Shown piece after piece: positions 17,814 through 27,783 of a DNA stretch of 57,667 nucleotides. The notes below the pieces were generated by a model, which saw only the letters and a list, made by a program, of their open reading frames with translations, was not told the origin of the DNA and made no database searches. Both the position numbers and the translations under genes were made by a program. Source of the stretch: a virus; IMG/VR virus record IMGVR_UViG_3300047374_000251, one strand, 5' to 3'. Positions within the stretch are counted from its first letter, which is position 1; each line of letters starts with the position of its first letter.

Positions 17814-19568
17814 ATGGCGATATCTAGATCTTTAATGAACAGACAATTACGAGCAGATGGTGGCATTATGCAAGTTGCCCCTAGAGAAAAATTTGGCTTA
17901 GGAAGTAAACTCAAAAAGTTTGTTAGAAAAATTATACCCAATGAAATAGCAGATGTTGCAACAAAAGCAGCTCCTTTCGTTGCACCCTTTAACCCATTAC
18001 TTGCAGCAGGTATGGCAGGCATTGGTAGCTTTGATAAAACAGGACGTATTGGAGACTCTTTAAAAAGTGGAGCTTTAACTTATGGACTCGGTCAAGGTGC
18101 TAGATATTTAGGCGGAGCAGATTTTCAAGGACTACAGAATCCTTTTAGTAAAGGCTCATTTAGCATGCCAACAGGTGAAGGTGGTATAAAGAATTTATTT
18201 AAAAAAGATGTTCAACCTATTCAAGCTATAAATGAAGGACAGAGCACCTTTGCTCAAGATGTTACTGCAGATCTTCTTCCCGGCGATACAGTAAGCTCAG
18301 TTGATTTAATAAGTGATTCAGGATCAACCTTTTCAAATTTTGTTGATTATGGAAAAGATCTTTTAAAAAAAGGAGCTAAAGCAGCTTTTACTAACCCAGA
18401 CGGTTCTATTGACAAAGCAGCGGTAATTGGAGCAGCAACTGCTGCAGCCTCTTATGCGGAAGCTTTAATGTTAGCTAAACAGGCTGGAGTAGACTTAACA
18501 GAAGAAGAATACGATCAAGCACAAAGAGACGAGAAACAAGCAGAGTATGGAGAGTATTTACAAAACTTCTTTGGTGGTAAAAAAGACGGTGGCAGAATAG
18601 GTTATGCAGACGGACCTCGAACCACTAGAGTAGGTAATCTAGAAATAGTAGTTATGCCAGGAAGTTCTCAAGAGAAAGCCGTTGTAGATGGTCTTATGAA
18701 TGACATAGATGGTATTGTAGATGAAGATACTAAAATGGATTTTTACAGAACACTTATACCAGAATTGATTTATTCTGGAGAAATAGAGTCTCAAGAAGGA
18801 ATGAAATTGTTACAAGAATTAGGTATAAACATGAAAGCGGACGGCGGAAGAATAGGTTATGCAAGAGGATCTGAGCCAGAAGAAGCAGAAATAGGTATCA
18901 TGTCAATTGACGTTGAAGCAGGTGATGACGAAGATGAAGAAGATATGATGATGGCAGGCGGTGGTATTACTTTTACTTCTGCAGAAAAGTCATACTTGTT
19001 TAGAAGATTGGGTGGTGCTGGTGGTCCTGATAGATCATTCACAATGCCACAATTGTATGGTATTTTAAAAAATCCAAATAGTCCAGCTAATATAGATGAT
19101 GCTAAAGTATTAAAACAAATAGCCATCATGGGTCTAGAAGGACGAAAAGACGGCGGAAGAATAGGTTACAAAGATGGATCAAAAGGTGCTAACAGAGTAT
19201 CAGAATTATTAATTACAAGAGCTGGTATACTAGCACAAGATCCTGACGCAGATGTATCTGACATTGACGGAGAGATATTTCAATTAACAGGTAAAACATT
19301 TAGATCAGTGGGTGGTATAAGTGATATACCAACAGGTAAGATTAGAAAAAATAATGCTGGTGTAGTTGAAAGAGACTACAGAGATGAAGGTGGTTTTGTA
19401 CCAGTTGGCATTAAAGAACGAGCCGATGATGTACCTGCTATGTTATCTAAAAACGAATTTGTAATGACTGCTGATGCTGTACGTGGTATAGGTAATGGCA
19501 GCGTTGAAGAGGGATCTAAGAAATTATATAATACAATGAAAAAAGCAGAACAAGTAGGTAAAGCATAA
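17814..19568 (+). CDS. Internal virion / ejection-type protein with repeated DGGRIGY motif
   Basis: 584 aa. K(K/A)DGGRIGY(A/K)xG occurs three times. C-terminal DVPAMLSKNEFVMTADAVRGIG resembles podovirus internal-protein tails. It is the first of five large genes after the tail genes. Confidence 0.55.
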   Translation: MAISRSLMNRQLRADGGIMQVAPREKFGLGSKLKKFVRKIIPNEIADVATKAAPFVAPFNPLLAAGMAGIGSFDKTGRIGDSLKSGALTYGLGQGARYLGGADFQGLQNPFSKGSFSMPTGEGGIKNLFKKDVQPIQAINEGQSTFAQDVTADLLPGDTVSSVDLISDSGSTFSNFVDYGKDLLKKGAKAAFTNPDGSIDKAAVIGAATAAASYAEALMLAKQAGVDLTEEEYDQAQRDEKQAEYGEYLQNFFGGKKDGGRIGYADGPRTTRVGNLEIVVMPGSSQEKAVVDGLMNDIDGIVDEDTKMDFYRTLIPELIYSGEIESQEGMKLLQELGINMKADGGRIGYARGSEPEEAEIGIMSIDVEAGDDEDEEDMMMAGGGITFTSAEKSYLFRRLGGAGGPDRSFTMPQLYGILKNPNSPANIDDAKVLKQIAIMGLEGRKDGGRIGYKDGSKGANRVSELLITRAGILAQDPDADVSDIDGEIFQLTGKTFRSVGGISDIPTGKIRKNNAGVVERDYRDEGGFVPVGIKERADDVPAMLSKNEFVMTADAVRGIGNGSVEEGSKKLYNTMKKAEQVGKA

Positions 19569-20455
19569 TGGCAACAACATACAATAAACAAGCTCCATTT
19601 ATAGAAGGTGCTCAACAAAACTATATAGATCTATTAACACAACTAGTAGGTCAAGCTCCTGGTTCTGGAGGTGTTCCAACGTTAGGAGAACTTGGCCCAC
19701 AGATTGCTAATCAAAATATTTTTACACAACAAGCACAACAAGCTGCAGCAACACAAGCAGGACTAGGTCAATTAACTTTTGACCCAGTAACTGGAGCAGT
19801 AACAGGTGCTGGTGCTGGAACAGGTGTTGCAGGGTATCAACCATTTTTAGATCAAGCAGCAGCTTATTCAGGACCTAATGCTTACAAACAATTTATGTCT
19901 CCTTATCAACAGGACGTTATTGATACAACACTTGCAGAGTTTGATATTCAAGCAAAAAAAGGAGCACAAGGAACTGCAGCAGAAGCAATAGCAGCAGGTG
20001 CTTTTGGTGGTGGTAGAGAAGGTGTACAAAGAGCAGAATACGGAGCAGCGTCAGATAGAAATAGAGCTGCAACTCAAGCAAAATTATTACAAGAGGGTTT
20101 TGGTACAGCACAAAATTTAGCTGCCCAAGCTTTTAATCAACAAAGAAACTTAGCATCATTACAGCCATCTTTAGCTGCAAGTACTATACAAAATTTAGGT
20201 GGGGCTGGAACATCAGCTTTAGCCTACGACCAAGCATTACTAGATGCAAACCAACAACAAGCACAGCTACAGTACAATGAACCTTTTAACAGATTAGGAA
20301 TGTATGGTTCTGGAATAGCTTCTATGATTAGTGGCGCACCTTACATGACAAATACTATGGGTAGTGGTGCAGGAAGTGTTGGACCTTTATCTCAAGCGTT
20401 ATCTGCAGGATTAAGTGCCTATGGTTTAGGGAGCATCTTTGGAGGCAAAGGTTAA
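19568..20455 (+). CDS. Internal virion-type protein (Ala/Gln/Gly-rich)
   Basis: 295-aa low-complexity A/Q/G-rich protein. ATGA-type coupling to its neighbours. Confidence 0.5.
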   Translation: MATTYNKQAPFIEGAQQNYIDLLTQLVGQAPGSGGVPTLGELGPQIANQNIFTQQAQQAAATQAGLGQLTFDPVTGAVTGAGAGTGVAGYQPFLDQAAAYSGPNAYKQFMSPYQQDVIDTTLAEFDIQAKKGAQGTAAEAIAAGAFGGGREGVQRAEYGAASDRNRAATQAKLLQEGFGTAQNLAAQAFNQQRNLASLQPSLAASTIQNLGGAGTSALAYDQALLDANQQQAQLQYNEPFNRLGMYGSGIASMISGAPYMTNTMGSGAGSVGPLSQALSAGLSAYGLGSIFGGKG

Positions 20456-22026
20456 TGAATTTTAAAAGACCATCATTTAGAAAAGGTGGATCAACTGGTA
20501 TTGATCAACTTACACCAAGAAAAAAATTTCAATTTGGTACACCAGGGTTTCAATTTTTAGAATCTGGATTACAAAATGAGTTAAGAGATGCTTATCGACC
20601 TACACGAAACATAGGAACTAAAACAATTACTCGTCAAAATATACCTACCGGAGGTCTTAAAAAAGGAAACATAGGTTCTCGTTTATTAACTCAACTTCGT
20701 AACCTTAGTATTCCATCAGCTAGTACAACCGGTCTTATGTCATTACCTTTTGTACCTTCTGCAGCTTTAGCTTATATGAACAGACCTAAAACTTTAGAAG
20801 AGAAAAAAGTAATGCAAGAGTATGGTCCTATTGATGAAACATTCTTTCAATATGATGAGTATGATGCAGATAGAAAAAAAGCTAGAGGAGTAGGAGAAGA
20901 AATCAGTTTTACTGATGCTTTATTTATGGATCCTGAAACAGGAGAATATCCAAAAGTTTTAGGAAGAACAAAAGATAGAAAAAAAATTGAAGAATTATTT
21001 GGTACTGATGCTGGTTTCTTACCTAATGCAGGACCTAAAGAAGTTAACATTGAAGAGATTGTTGACACTATGGTTTCCAATAAAAAAACAGGCACTAAGG
21101 ATGATGACACACCTAAAAAAGCAGCTTCTTTTGAAGATACTTACGAAGCTGAAAAAAAGAAAATAGAAAGATTAATAGGTGAAGATGATAATAAAGGTAT
21201 AATCGCTATTGCCTTATCTGATGCCATTGGTACACCAGGAACTATTGCAGACAAAGCCGCTGTATTAAATAAAGCCTTATTAGGAATTATGGTTGGTAAG
21301 AAAAAAGATAAAAAAGACATTGCTAAGTTAGCTTACACTGCAACTAAAGAAATAGAGAAAGCTAAAATTGCTACAGACAAAGAAGGTTTTAGTGAAAGAC
21401 AGCTTAAAGACTTAAAAAGACTACAAAGAATTGTAAATGATACAACTGGAAGTTATAGTGATGCAGAGAAAAAAGCAGCTCAAGCTGAAATAAATATTAC
21501 AAAACAAGCTATTGATGTTATTGGTAGTAAAAAAGGAACAGAAGGTTTGACTACTGCAGATTTAAAAGTTTTAGGAAACATTGATGCATTAGTAAAAGAA
21601 ATTAAAAGACATGAAGGAAAAAACGATGACAAGTACAAAGCAGCGTTAGCAAAATTTGCAAGAGCTAAAGCAGCGTTACAAGGAATGTCTCAGTTTAATA
21701 GTGCTATTGCTATAGCAGAAGCAGAAATAGGGGGAACTTTATTTAAAAAAGATGGAGGCAGAATTAAAAAACAATTGGGTGGTAGTGCTATGGAAGTATC
21801 TGAAACAGTAGGTCAAGGCGAAACACCAACAGCTCAAGTACAACAATTATCTTTTAGTGAATTAAGAAACAGACTACCGAAAGAAATTACTGATGATGTA
21901 ATTAGACTATTAGCCAACAGTAATGAGGCTTTACAAGACTTTGCTTACATTAGAACTCAAGGGGATGTATCAAAGTTTAATACAAAATACGGGGTGACTT
22001 TAGTATTACCGGCACAAACAGCATAG
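20455..22026 (+). CDS. Internal virion-type protein (Lys-rich)
   Basis: 523 aa, very K-rich centre, KKDGGRIKKQLGG motif near the C-terminus. Confidence 0.5.
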   Translation: MNFKRPSFRKGGSTGIDQLTPRKKFQFGTPGFQFLESGLQNELRDAYRPTRNIGTKTITRQNIPTGGLKKGNIGSRLLTQLRNLSIPSASTTGLMSLPFVPSAALAYMNRPKTLEEKKVMQEYGPIDETFFQYDEYDADRKKARGVGEEISFTDALFMDPETGEYPKVLGRTKDRKKIEELFGTDAGFLPNAGPKEVNIEEIVDTMVSNKKTGTKDDDTPKKAASFEDTYEAEKKKIERLIGEDDNKGIIAIALSDAIGTPGTIADKAAVLNKALLGIMVGKKKDKKDIAKLAYTATKEIEKAKIATDKEGFSERQLKDLKRLQRIVNDTTGSYSDAEKKAAQAEINITKQAIDVIGSKKGTEGLTTADLKVLGNIDALVKEIKRHEGKNDDKYKAALAKFARAKAALQGMSQFNSAIAIAEAEIGGTLFKKDGGRIKKQLGGSAMEVSETVGQGETPTAQVQQLSFSELRNRLPKEITDDVIRLLANSNEALQDFAYIRTQGDVSKFNTKYGVTLVLPAQTA

Positions 22027-22034
22027 GAGGTTAA

Positions 22035-25000
22035 ATGGCTGAACAAGACGACAGTATATTTGGCGGTCTTTTCTCTGAACCTGCAGAAAATATTCAACCA
22101 GAAACAGTTGGCGCTTTAGATTATCTTACTGATATTCCAGTAGGTGCAATCAAAGGTGTTAGCCAAGCTGTTCAAGGTTTACTTCAGTTAGGTGCAATGC
22201 CTATTGATTATTTAGCAGATACAAATTTAATTACTGCAATTGATAATATTTTTGAAAAGATAACTCCTGAAACAGATACCACTGTTGGAGACATTACTTC
22301 TATTTTAGGACAGTTTGCATTACCTGCCGGTGCTATGGTTAAAATTGCTAACGGTGTTTTAAAATTAAGTAAAGCAAGTCAAATTGTAAAACTAAATAGT
22401 CTTCCAACCATTGGCGCTAAAAGTGCAGAGCTTGCAAAACGTGCAGGTTACTATGGAAGTATTGGTGGTATCACCGACTTTGCAGTATCGACGCCTGGCG
22501 ACCTTACTACTCTTAGTGAGACAATGGGATTTGGTGAAGCTTATAAAGGTGATGAGCTTGAAGGATCTGCTAAGGCTGCAGAATTTTTTAAAGAGAAAAT
22601 TAGATTTGGTGCAGAAGGTGCTGTTTTAGGTGGTGGTATTACTGCTGCGTTACCAGTAGCAGGAACGTTAGGTGTTAAATATGGTTTAATGCCTGCAGGA
22701 AAATACATAGTTAAACCGATAGGAGGTGCTGCGTTAAGAGCAGTTGATTACACAGTATTTAATCCGTTAAGTAAATTAATTGGTAGTGAAACTGTGGGTG
22801 CTGGAGCAAGAACTACTGCTGAATTTTTAGGAAATCAAACAACTAAATTAAGAAAAGGATTAGGTATACCTGATCCAAAAGATTGGAAGTTTTATTCTAC
22901 AGATGCAAACGCACCATTAAAAGAAAGACTACTTAAAAAATTAGACAACGTTAAAAATGCTTTTAAATCTGATGGACCTATAAGTATTAGTCAAGCAGAA
23001 GATTTAAGACAATATGAAAATTTTGTTCAAGCAGATGAAAAAAGTTTGGTTAAAATAATGAATCAAATTGACGATCAATTTAAAGAAATAGCAAAAGGTG
23101 CTGACTTACTAGAGGTACCTAAATATTTACAGACACCTGGATTAAAATACCCTAAACCAATTACTGCTGTAGATGATGCAATGTATTTAAAAAACAATGA
23201 CACTCTATACAATTACATTCAAGCTAGAAGAGTAAGAACCACTGTTGACGGTAAACCTTTATATAAAGATTCAGATGAAGCATTAGAGTTTTTAAATCAA
23301 CTACCTAAAAATACACAGAAGAACGCTAAAGTATTAAAAGAAAAAATAAATGAATTAGGTTTAAAGTACGGTAAACTTTTATCAGAAAATACAGATGAAG
23401 CGTTAGCGGATCTTGGAGCAACCATTGTAGCAAACGGTGGAGCTTATCTAAAACAAGTTTACAGTGTAATGAAAAACAAAGCTTATCAATTTGATCCACA
23501 AAAAGTAGCAGGAGCCAAAGAATTTTTTATTAAAAACACAATACCTAAACTAGAAGCAGAAACTCCAGAATTAATAACTGATTTAATGCAAAGTAAAAAC
23601 ATAACTAGAAAAGAAGCTATAGAATTATCGGCAGATAACACTATGGCTCAATTACAAAAATCTTTAATTGAAAGTAATAGAAGTCCTGAGACTTTATTTA
23701 AATTAGTAGGCGATACGTTTAGAATTGGTAAAAAAGGCCAACTGTTAGATATAACTAAAAAAGTAGTTCAAGAAGGTAAAGAAGTTGAAGTGTTTACTTC
23801 AACAGGAAAATTATTAAAAGCTGGTGGAGATGTACCTACGATTATGAAAAAGGTTATGGATGATGAAGGTTTATCCAAAGTACAAGGTGCTTTCTTAGAA
23901 CCATTAAAAGATTATAGAGCTGCTGTAACAGATACTTTTTTACAAACAGCTAAACAAGTTTATAAAAAAGAATTCTTTGATAAGTTTGCAGACAATGCAT
24001 TAAAGAATGGTTATGCTTTTAGATCTGTGCAAGAAGCAATTAACAAAGGTATTCCAAATGCAAATAACCTAACAGCAGTGACAGCGGATCTTGCACCTGG
24101 TAGTAAAACATTTGATTTATTCGAAAGTAAATTATTTAAAGGTGGGTTATCAAGAGACGGACAAAAAACATCAGGTTTATATACGACACCAGAAATAGCA
24201 AATGCTGTTAAAGGCACGGAAGAATACTTAACTAGAATGTATGACATTCCTTTATACAGTGCTTTGATGTCAGTTAAAGCTGCTGGTCAAATTGGTAAAA
24301 CAGTATTTTCACCAATGACACAAATAAGAAACGTATCCACTGCTTCTTTCTTTGCACTAGCCAGCGGATTAATCGGTGGCAGAGTGAGTCTTACAGATTC
24401 ATTTAAATTAATGGCTGATGATATTTTCCCAAGTAAATTTGTAAGTGCTGCAGATGTAGCAAAAAAGATGGAAGATAGAATAGCTAGAGGTGTTGTGGAC
24501 CAAAACATTGAGGTCAATGAAATTAAAGCCATCTTAGAAAAAGCTAAGAATGGTAGATTTACTATGTCAGCTTTAATGAGTAATCCAACAGTTAAAAAAG
24601 CTTTTGATTTGTATCAAGGGGGTGACAACGTTTGGAAAGTTTATGCTGATGATTTTTATCAAGACGCATTAGGTCAAGCATTTCAATATAGCTCAAAAGG
24701 TTTAAAGGGAGATGCAGCTATTAGAGAAAATATAATTGACTGGTATAGAACAGTAGGTAAACAAGAAGATGTTGCTACACAATTAACTAAAGCAAACGAT
24801 GACATAGCTAAAATAGATGATGCATTAAAATCAGCAGATGACTCTAACAAACAATCTTTATTAAATCAAAAGGAAGCGTTAGTTCAAAACTTTAAAAACG
24901 TAAAAGATATATCAGCTTATCTAGTAACCAACACTATTCCTACGTACAGTAAAGTTCCCAATATAATTAAAAACATTAGAAACTTACCTTTAGGTAACTT

Positions 25001-26429
25001 TGTAGCTTTCCCTGCAGAAATTTTAAGAACCAGCGCACACTTAATTGAAATAGGTGCAAGAGAATTAACTAGCACTAATCCATTTATAAGACAGATGGGA
25101 GCAAGAAGGTTAGTTGGAGCTTCTGCTGTATTTGGTGGAACAGGTACAATTATTGCTGAAGCATCAGAAAAAATAACAGGTGTATCTTCTGATAAAATGG
25201 ATGCATTTAAAAGATCGGTTGCACCAGACTATCAAAAAAACTCAACACTAATTCCATTAACTGAGTCTGATGAAAACGGAAACTTTAAATATTTTAACTT
25301 CTCATACACTAATCCTTATGACTCAATGTTAAGACCTATCAATGCAGTATTGAATGCATATGGTAATGGTACTCTAACTAATGAAAGTGCAAGTAGAATT
25401 GTTTATAATGCTTTAATTTACGATAACTTAAATAATACGCCCGGTGCATTTACAGAATTTTTATCTCCATTTATTTCAGAATCAATTGGAGCAGGTGCAG
25501 TAGCGGATCTAACTTTAAGAAATGGTAAAACAAAAGAAGGTCGAACCATTTATTACCCGCAAGACTCAGCAATGGAAGTTATTGATGCATCTTTAGGACA
25601 TTTATTATCTCAATTAGAACCGGGTGCTTCTAGAAGTTCAAGAAGAGTGTGGAAAGGTGTTACCCAAGATTTTACTGATTATGGAACTACTTATGATAGT
25701 GCAACAGAGATAGTTGCATTAATGTCAGGACTTCGTGTAGAAGAAGCAAAACCTATGGATAGTTTACCTTTTATTGTAACGTCATATGCAAAAGATTTAG
25801 AAAATATACAAAACAAATTTTCATCTAATATTTATAGTCCTAACCTAGATCTTAATGGTCGAATAGGTTACATGACAGAATACTTAACAGACAACTATGA
25901 TACACAAAGTAGAATGTATAGAGTCATACAAGACATGGAAGCAATGGGAGCGGACATAGGTGAGATAGAAGATAAAATTGGAGCCAGATTAAAAAATAAA
26001 AAACGTTTAAATGCTATGATGAACGGAGAATTTATTGCTCCTAATATAAGTGAATCAAGATCTCAAACTTTACTTGATAAATTATATGAAGAAAATCCTA
26101 CTAAAGCTGCTGAAGTAGAAGATCAGTTTGAAGAAGCTATTGATATATTTGAAGATTTAAGATTTGATTTAGAAGCTATAGAATTAGGTGAAGGTGTAGG
26201 AGCTTTTCAAGAGTTTATTAATTTTACTTTAAATCCACCTGATGTATCCACTCAAGGAGCGGCACCAGTATCAGGTATAGCACAGTTACCTGATGCAAAT
26301 TTACCACCGCCAGCTCAGATCGGAACAGGGGTAAATGCTAACTTATTTAGAAATAATAACACACTAGGAACTCAGTTTAATTTACTTCCAACTGCAGTAA
26401 AATTTGATAAACTGTTTCCTTTAGGATAA
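22035..26429 (+). CDS. Very large internal virion / ejection protein
   Basis: 1464 aa, the largest gene, positioned like T7 gp16-class proteins. I saw no polymerase or lysozyme motifs. Confidence 0.55.
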   Translation: MAEQDDSIFGGLFSEPAENIQPETVGALDYLTDIPVGAIKGVSQAVQGLLQLGAMPIDYLADTNLITAIDNIFEKITPETDTTVGDITSILGQFALPAGAMVKIANGVLKLSKASQIVKLNSLPTIGAKSAELAKRAGYYGSIGGITDFAVSTPGDLTTLSETMGFGEAYKGDELEGSAKAAEFFKEKIRFGAEGAVLGGGITAALPVAGTLGVKYGLMPAGKYIVKPIGGAALRAVDYTVFNPLSKLIGSETVGAGARTTAEFLGNQTTKLRKGLGIPDPKDWKFYSTDANAPLKERLLKKLDNVKNAFKSDGPISISQAEDLRQYENFVQADEKSLVKIMNQIDDQFKEIAKGADLLEVPKYLQTPGLKYPKPITAVDDAMYLKNNDTLYNYIQARRVRTTVDGKPLYKDSDEALEFLNQLPKNTQKNAKVLKEKINELGLKYGKLLSENTDEALADLGATIVANGGAYLKQVYSVMKNKAYQFDPQKVAGAKEFFIKNTIPKLEAETPELITDLMQSKNITRKEAIELSADNTMAQLQKSLIESNRSPETLFKLVGDTFRIGKKGQLLDITKKVVQEGKEVEVFTSTGKLLKAGGDVPTIMKKVMDDEGLSKVQGAFLEPLKDYRAAVTDTFLQTAKQVYKKEFFDKFADNALKNGYAFRSVQEAINKGIPNANNLTAVTADLAPGSKTFDLFESKLFKGGLSRDGQKTSGLYTTPEIANAVKGTEEYLTRMYDIPLYSALMSVKAAGQIGKTVFSPMTQIRNVSTASFFALASGLIGGRVSLTDSFKLMADDIFPSKFVSAADVAKKMEDRIARGVVDQNIEVNEIKAILEKAKNGRFTMSALMSNPTVKKAFDLYQGGDNVWKVYADDFYQDALGQAFQYSSKGLKGDAAIRENIIDWYRTVGKQEDVATQLTKANDDIAKIDDALKSADDSNKQSLLNQKEALVQNFKNVKDISAYLVTNTIPTYSKVPNIIKNIRNLPLGNFVAFPAEILRTSAHLIEIGARELTSTNPFIRQMGARRLVGASAVFGGTGTIIAEASEKITGVSSDKMDAFKRSVAPDYQKNSTLIPLTESDENGNFKYFNFSYTNPYDSMLRPINAVLNAYGNGTLTNESASRIVYNALIYDNLNNTPGAFTEFLSPFISESIGAGAVADLTLRNGKTKEGRTIYYPQDSAMEVIDASLGHLLSQLEPGASRSSRRVWKGVTQDFTDYGTTYDSATEIVALMSGLRVEEAKPMDSLPFIVTSYAKDLENIQNKFSSNIYSPNLDLNGRIGYMTEYLTDNYDTQSRMYRVIQDMEAMGADIGEIEDKIGARLKNKKRLNAMMNGEFIAPNISESRSQTLLDKLYEENPTKAAEVEDQFEEAIDIFEDLRFDLEAIELGEGVGAFQEFINFTLNPPDVSTQGAAPVSGIAQLPDANLPPPAQIGTGVNANLFRNNNTLGTQFNLLPTAVKFDKLFPLG

Positions 26430-26432
26430 ATT

Positions 26433-27398
26433 ATGACAATAGATAAAAGAATAAATTTTAGATTCGGCGGAGCATATCAAGGAGGCAGTGGAGCTCCGGG
26501 AAGTGCTGAAGCTCCAGGTAAAAAAACAAGTTCAGGCACAGGCGGAAGCAAAGGAAATATTGGCGGCGGTGGAGGTGGACAAGAATCTGAGTATAGAAGA
26601 TATGAAGCACCTACTAGACCCACATATGATTCTACAAACATAGATCAAAAACCTGTTACAGGCGCTGACTTTCGAAGATCAGAAAATGAATTTATAAATA
26701 ATTTAAATCAAAACAATTTTTTAAGAGCACAACAAACCAACACTCCTTTTCAACCTTATCAAGGAGGAGCGTTCGCCATTGATAGAATGAAACAATCAAA
26801 TCCTGCAAGGGGTATAATGAGTTTATTAGCTAGTGTGGCTATACCTGGCGCTGGATTTTTTTTAAATCAAGGCAGTAAATTAAGAGATGGATTAATGGGT
26901 TTAAATAATCAACTACAACAATCAGATTTTGGTAGATCTACAAGTTTAATGGACTATTTAGATATGAGAAAATATGGTGGATATGATGAAAGAGAAATGG
27001 CAAGAAGAATTAATATGGATGAAGCTAGACTTCTTCAAGCAGATATAGATTCAGGTCTGTATGACGGAACGGGAGAAGTTAGACCTCTTCAAACATTTGA
27101 ATTTGATCCATCAAACTTTAATAGAAATATTGAAACAGGTATTGACGATTATAATTTTGAAGACATCGAGGGTCAAGTTGCAGAGCTAACGCCCAAACAA
27201 AAAGCTTTTATAAATAGTCAAAAGTCTGCAATTCAATATGGAGCTCAAACTCCTGAGCAGGTGTATGAAAAAATAACTAATCCTAAAAAAAATATTTATA
27301 AAGGTGGTGTTATGGGAATGTTTGAACAAGAACCAACTACTTTAGAAGAATACAATAATTATCTTCAAAGTATTGGTATAAATAAAAGAGCGGTATAA
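26433..27398 (+). CDS. Structural-module protein with a Gly-rich N-terminus
   Basis: 321-aa ORF, the last large gene of the late block. Confidence 0.5.
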   Translation: MTIDKRINFRFGGAYQGGSGAPGSAEAPGKKTSSGTGGSKGNIGGGGGGQESEYRRYEAPTRPTYDSTNIDQKPVTGADFRRSENEFINNLNQNNFLRAQQTNTPFQPYQGGAFAIDRMKQSNPARGIMSLLASVAIPGAGFFLNQGSKLRDGLMGLNNQLQQSDFGRSTSLMDYLDMRKYGGYDEREMARRINMDEARLLQADIDSGLYDGTGEVRPLQTFEFDPSNFNRNIETGIDDYNFEDIEGQVAELTPKQKAFINSQKSAIQYGAQTPEQVYEKITNPKKNIYKGGVMGMFEQEPTTLEEYNNYLQSIGINKRAV

Positions 27399-27577
27399 TG
27401 GCTAAAAAATCTGCATTAGAAAAAATAGAATCTCATGAAAAACTTTGCAGAATTATGCAGAAACAAACTTTCGAGCAGATAAAAGAAATGCAAGAAAGAA
27501 TTAAAAGATTAGAGTATTGGATTGTTGGTGGTATGGGTGCAGTGCTTTTAACTTTACTTACTGGTATAGGAAATTAA
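27398..27577 (+). CDS. Small tail-anchored membrane protein (59 aa, not in the ORF track)
   Basis: TAATG coupling to the upstream gene. C-terminal hydrophobic segment WIVGGMGAVLLTLLTGIG. Confidence 0.45.
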   Translation: MAKKSALEKIESHEKLCRIMQKQTFEQIKEMQERIKRLEYWIVGGMGAVLLTLLTGIGN

Positions 27578-27783
27578 CGACAGATACATCCATACAAATC
27601 TCCACTACCATCTTTCATAACATAAGCATTGACAGGATAATCATGATATGTTGCTAAATGAAATCTAAGAATATCACATAAATCAAAACAATCTAATTCA
27701 TCTAATAATTCTACACCTTCAATCATTTTTTTTGTAACTTCTACAAGATGATATAAACCATCGTTTAATAATATTAAATCCAT
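27574..27783 (-). CDS. Hypothetical protein
   Basis: 69-aa ORF coupled to the SNF2 gene. Its stop codon overlaps the stop of the convergent plus-strand gene. Confidence 0.5.
   Translation of the reverse strand: MDLILLNDGLYHLVEVTKKMIEGVELLDELDCFDLCDILRFHLATYHDYPVNAYVMKDGSGDLYGCICR

Noticed and set aside
22035-26429. Whether the 1464-aa protein is an N4-like virion RNA polymerase
   Set aside because: It is far shorter than N4-type vRNAPs. I could not find T7-like polymerase motifs in the translation. Its position fits an internal or ejection protein.
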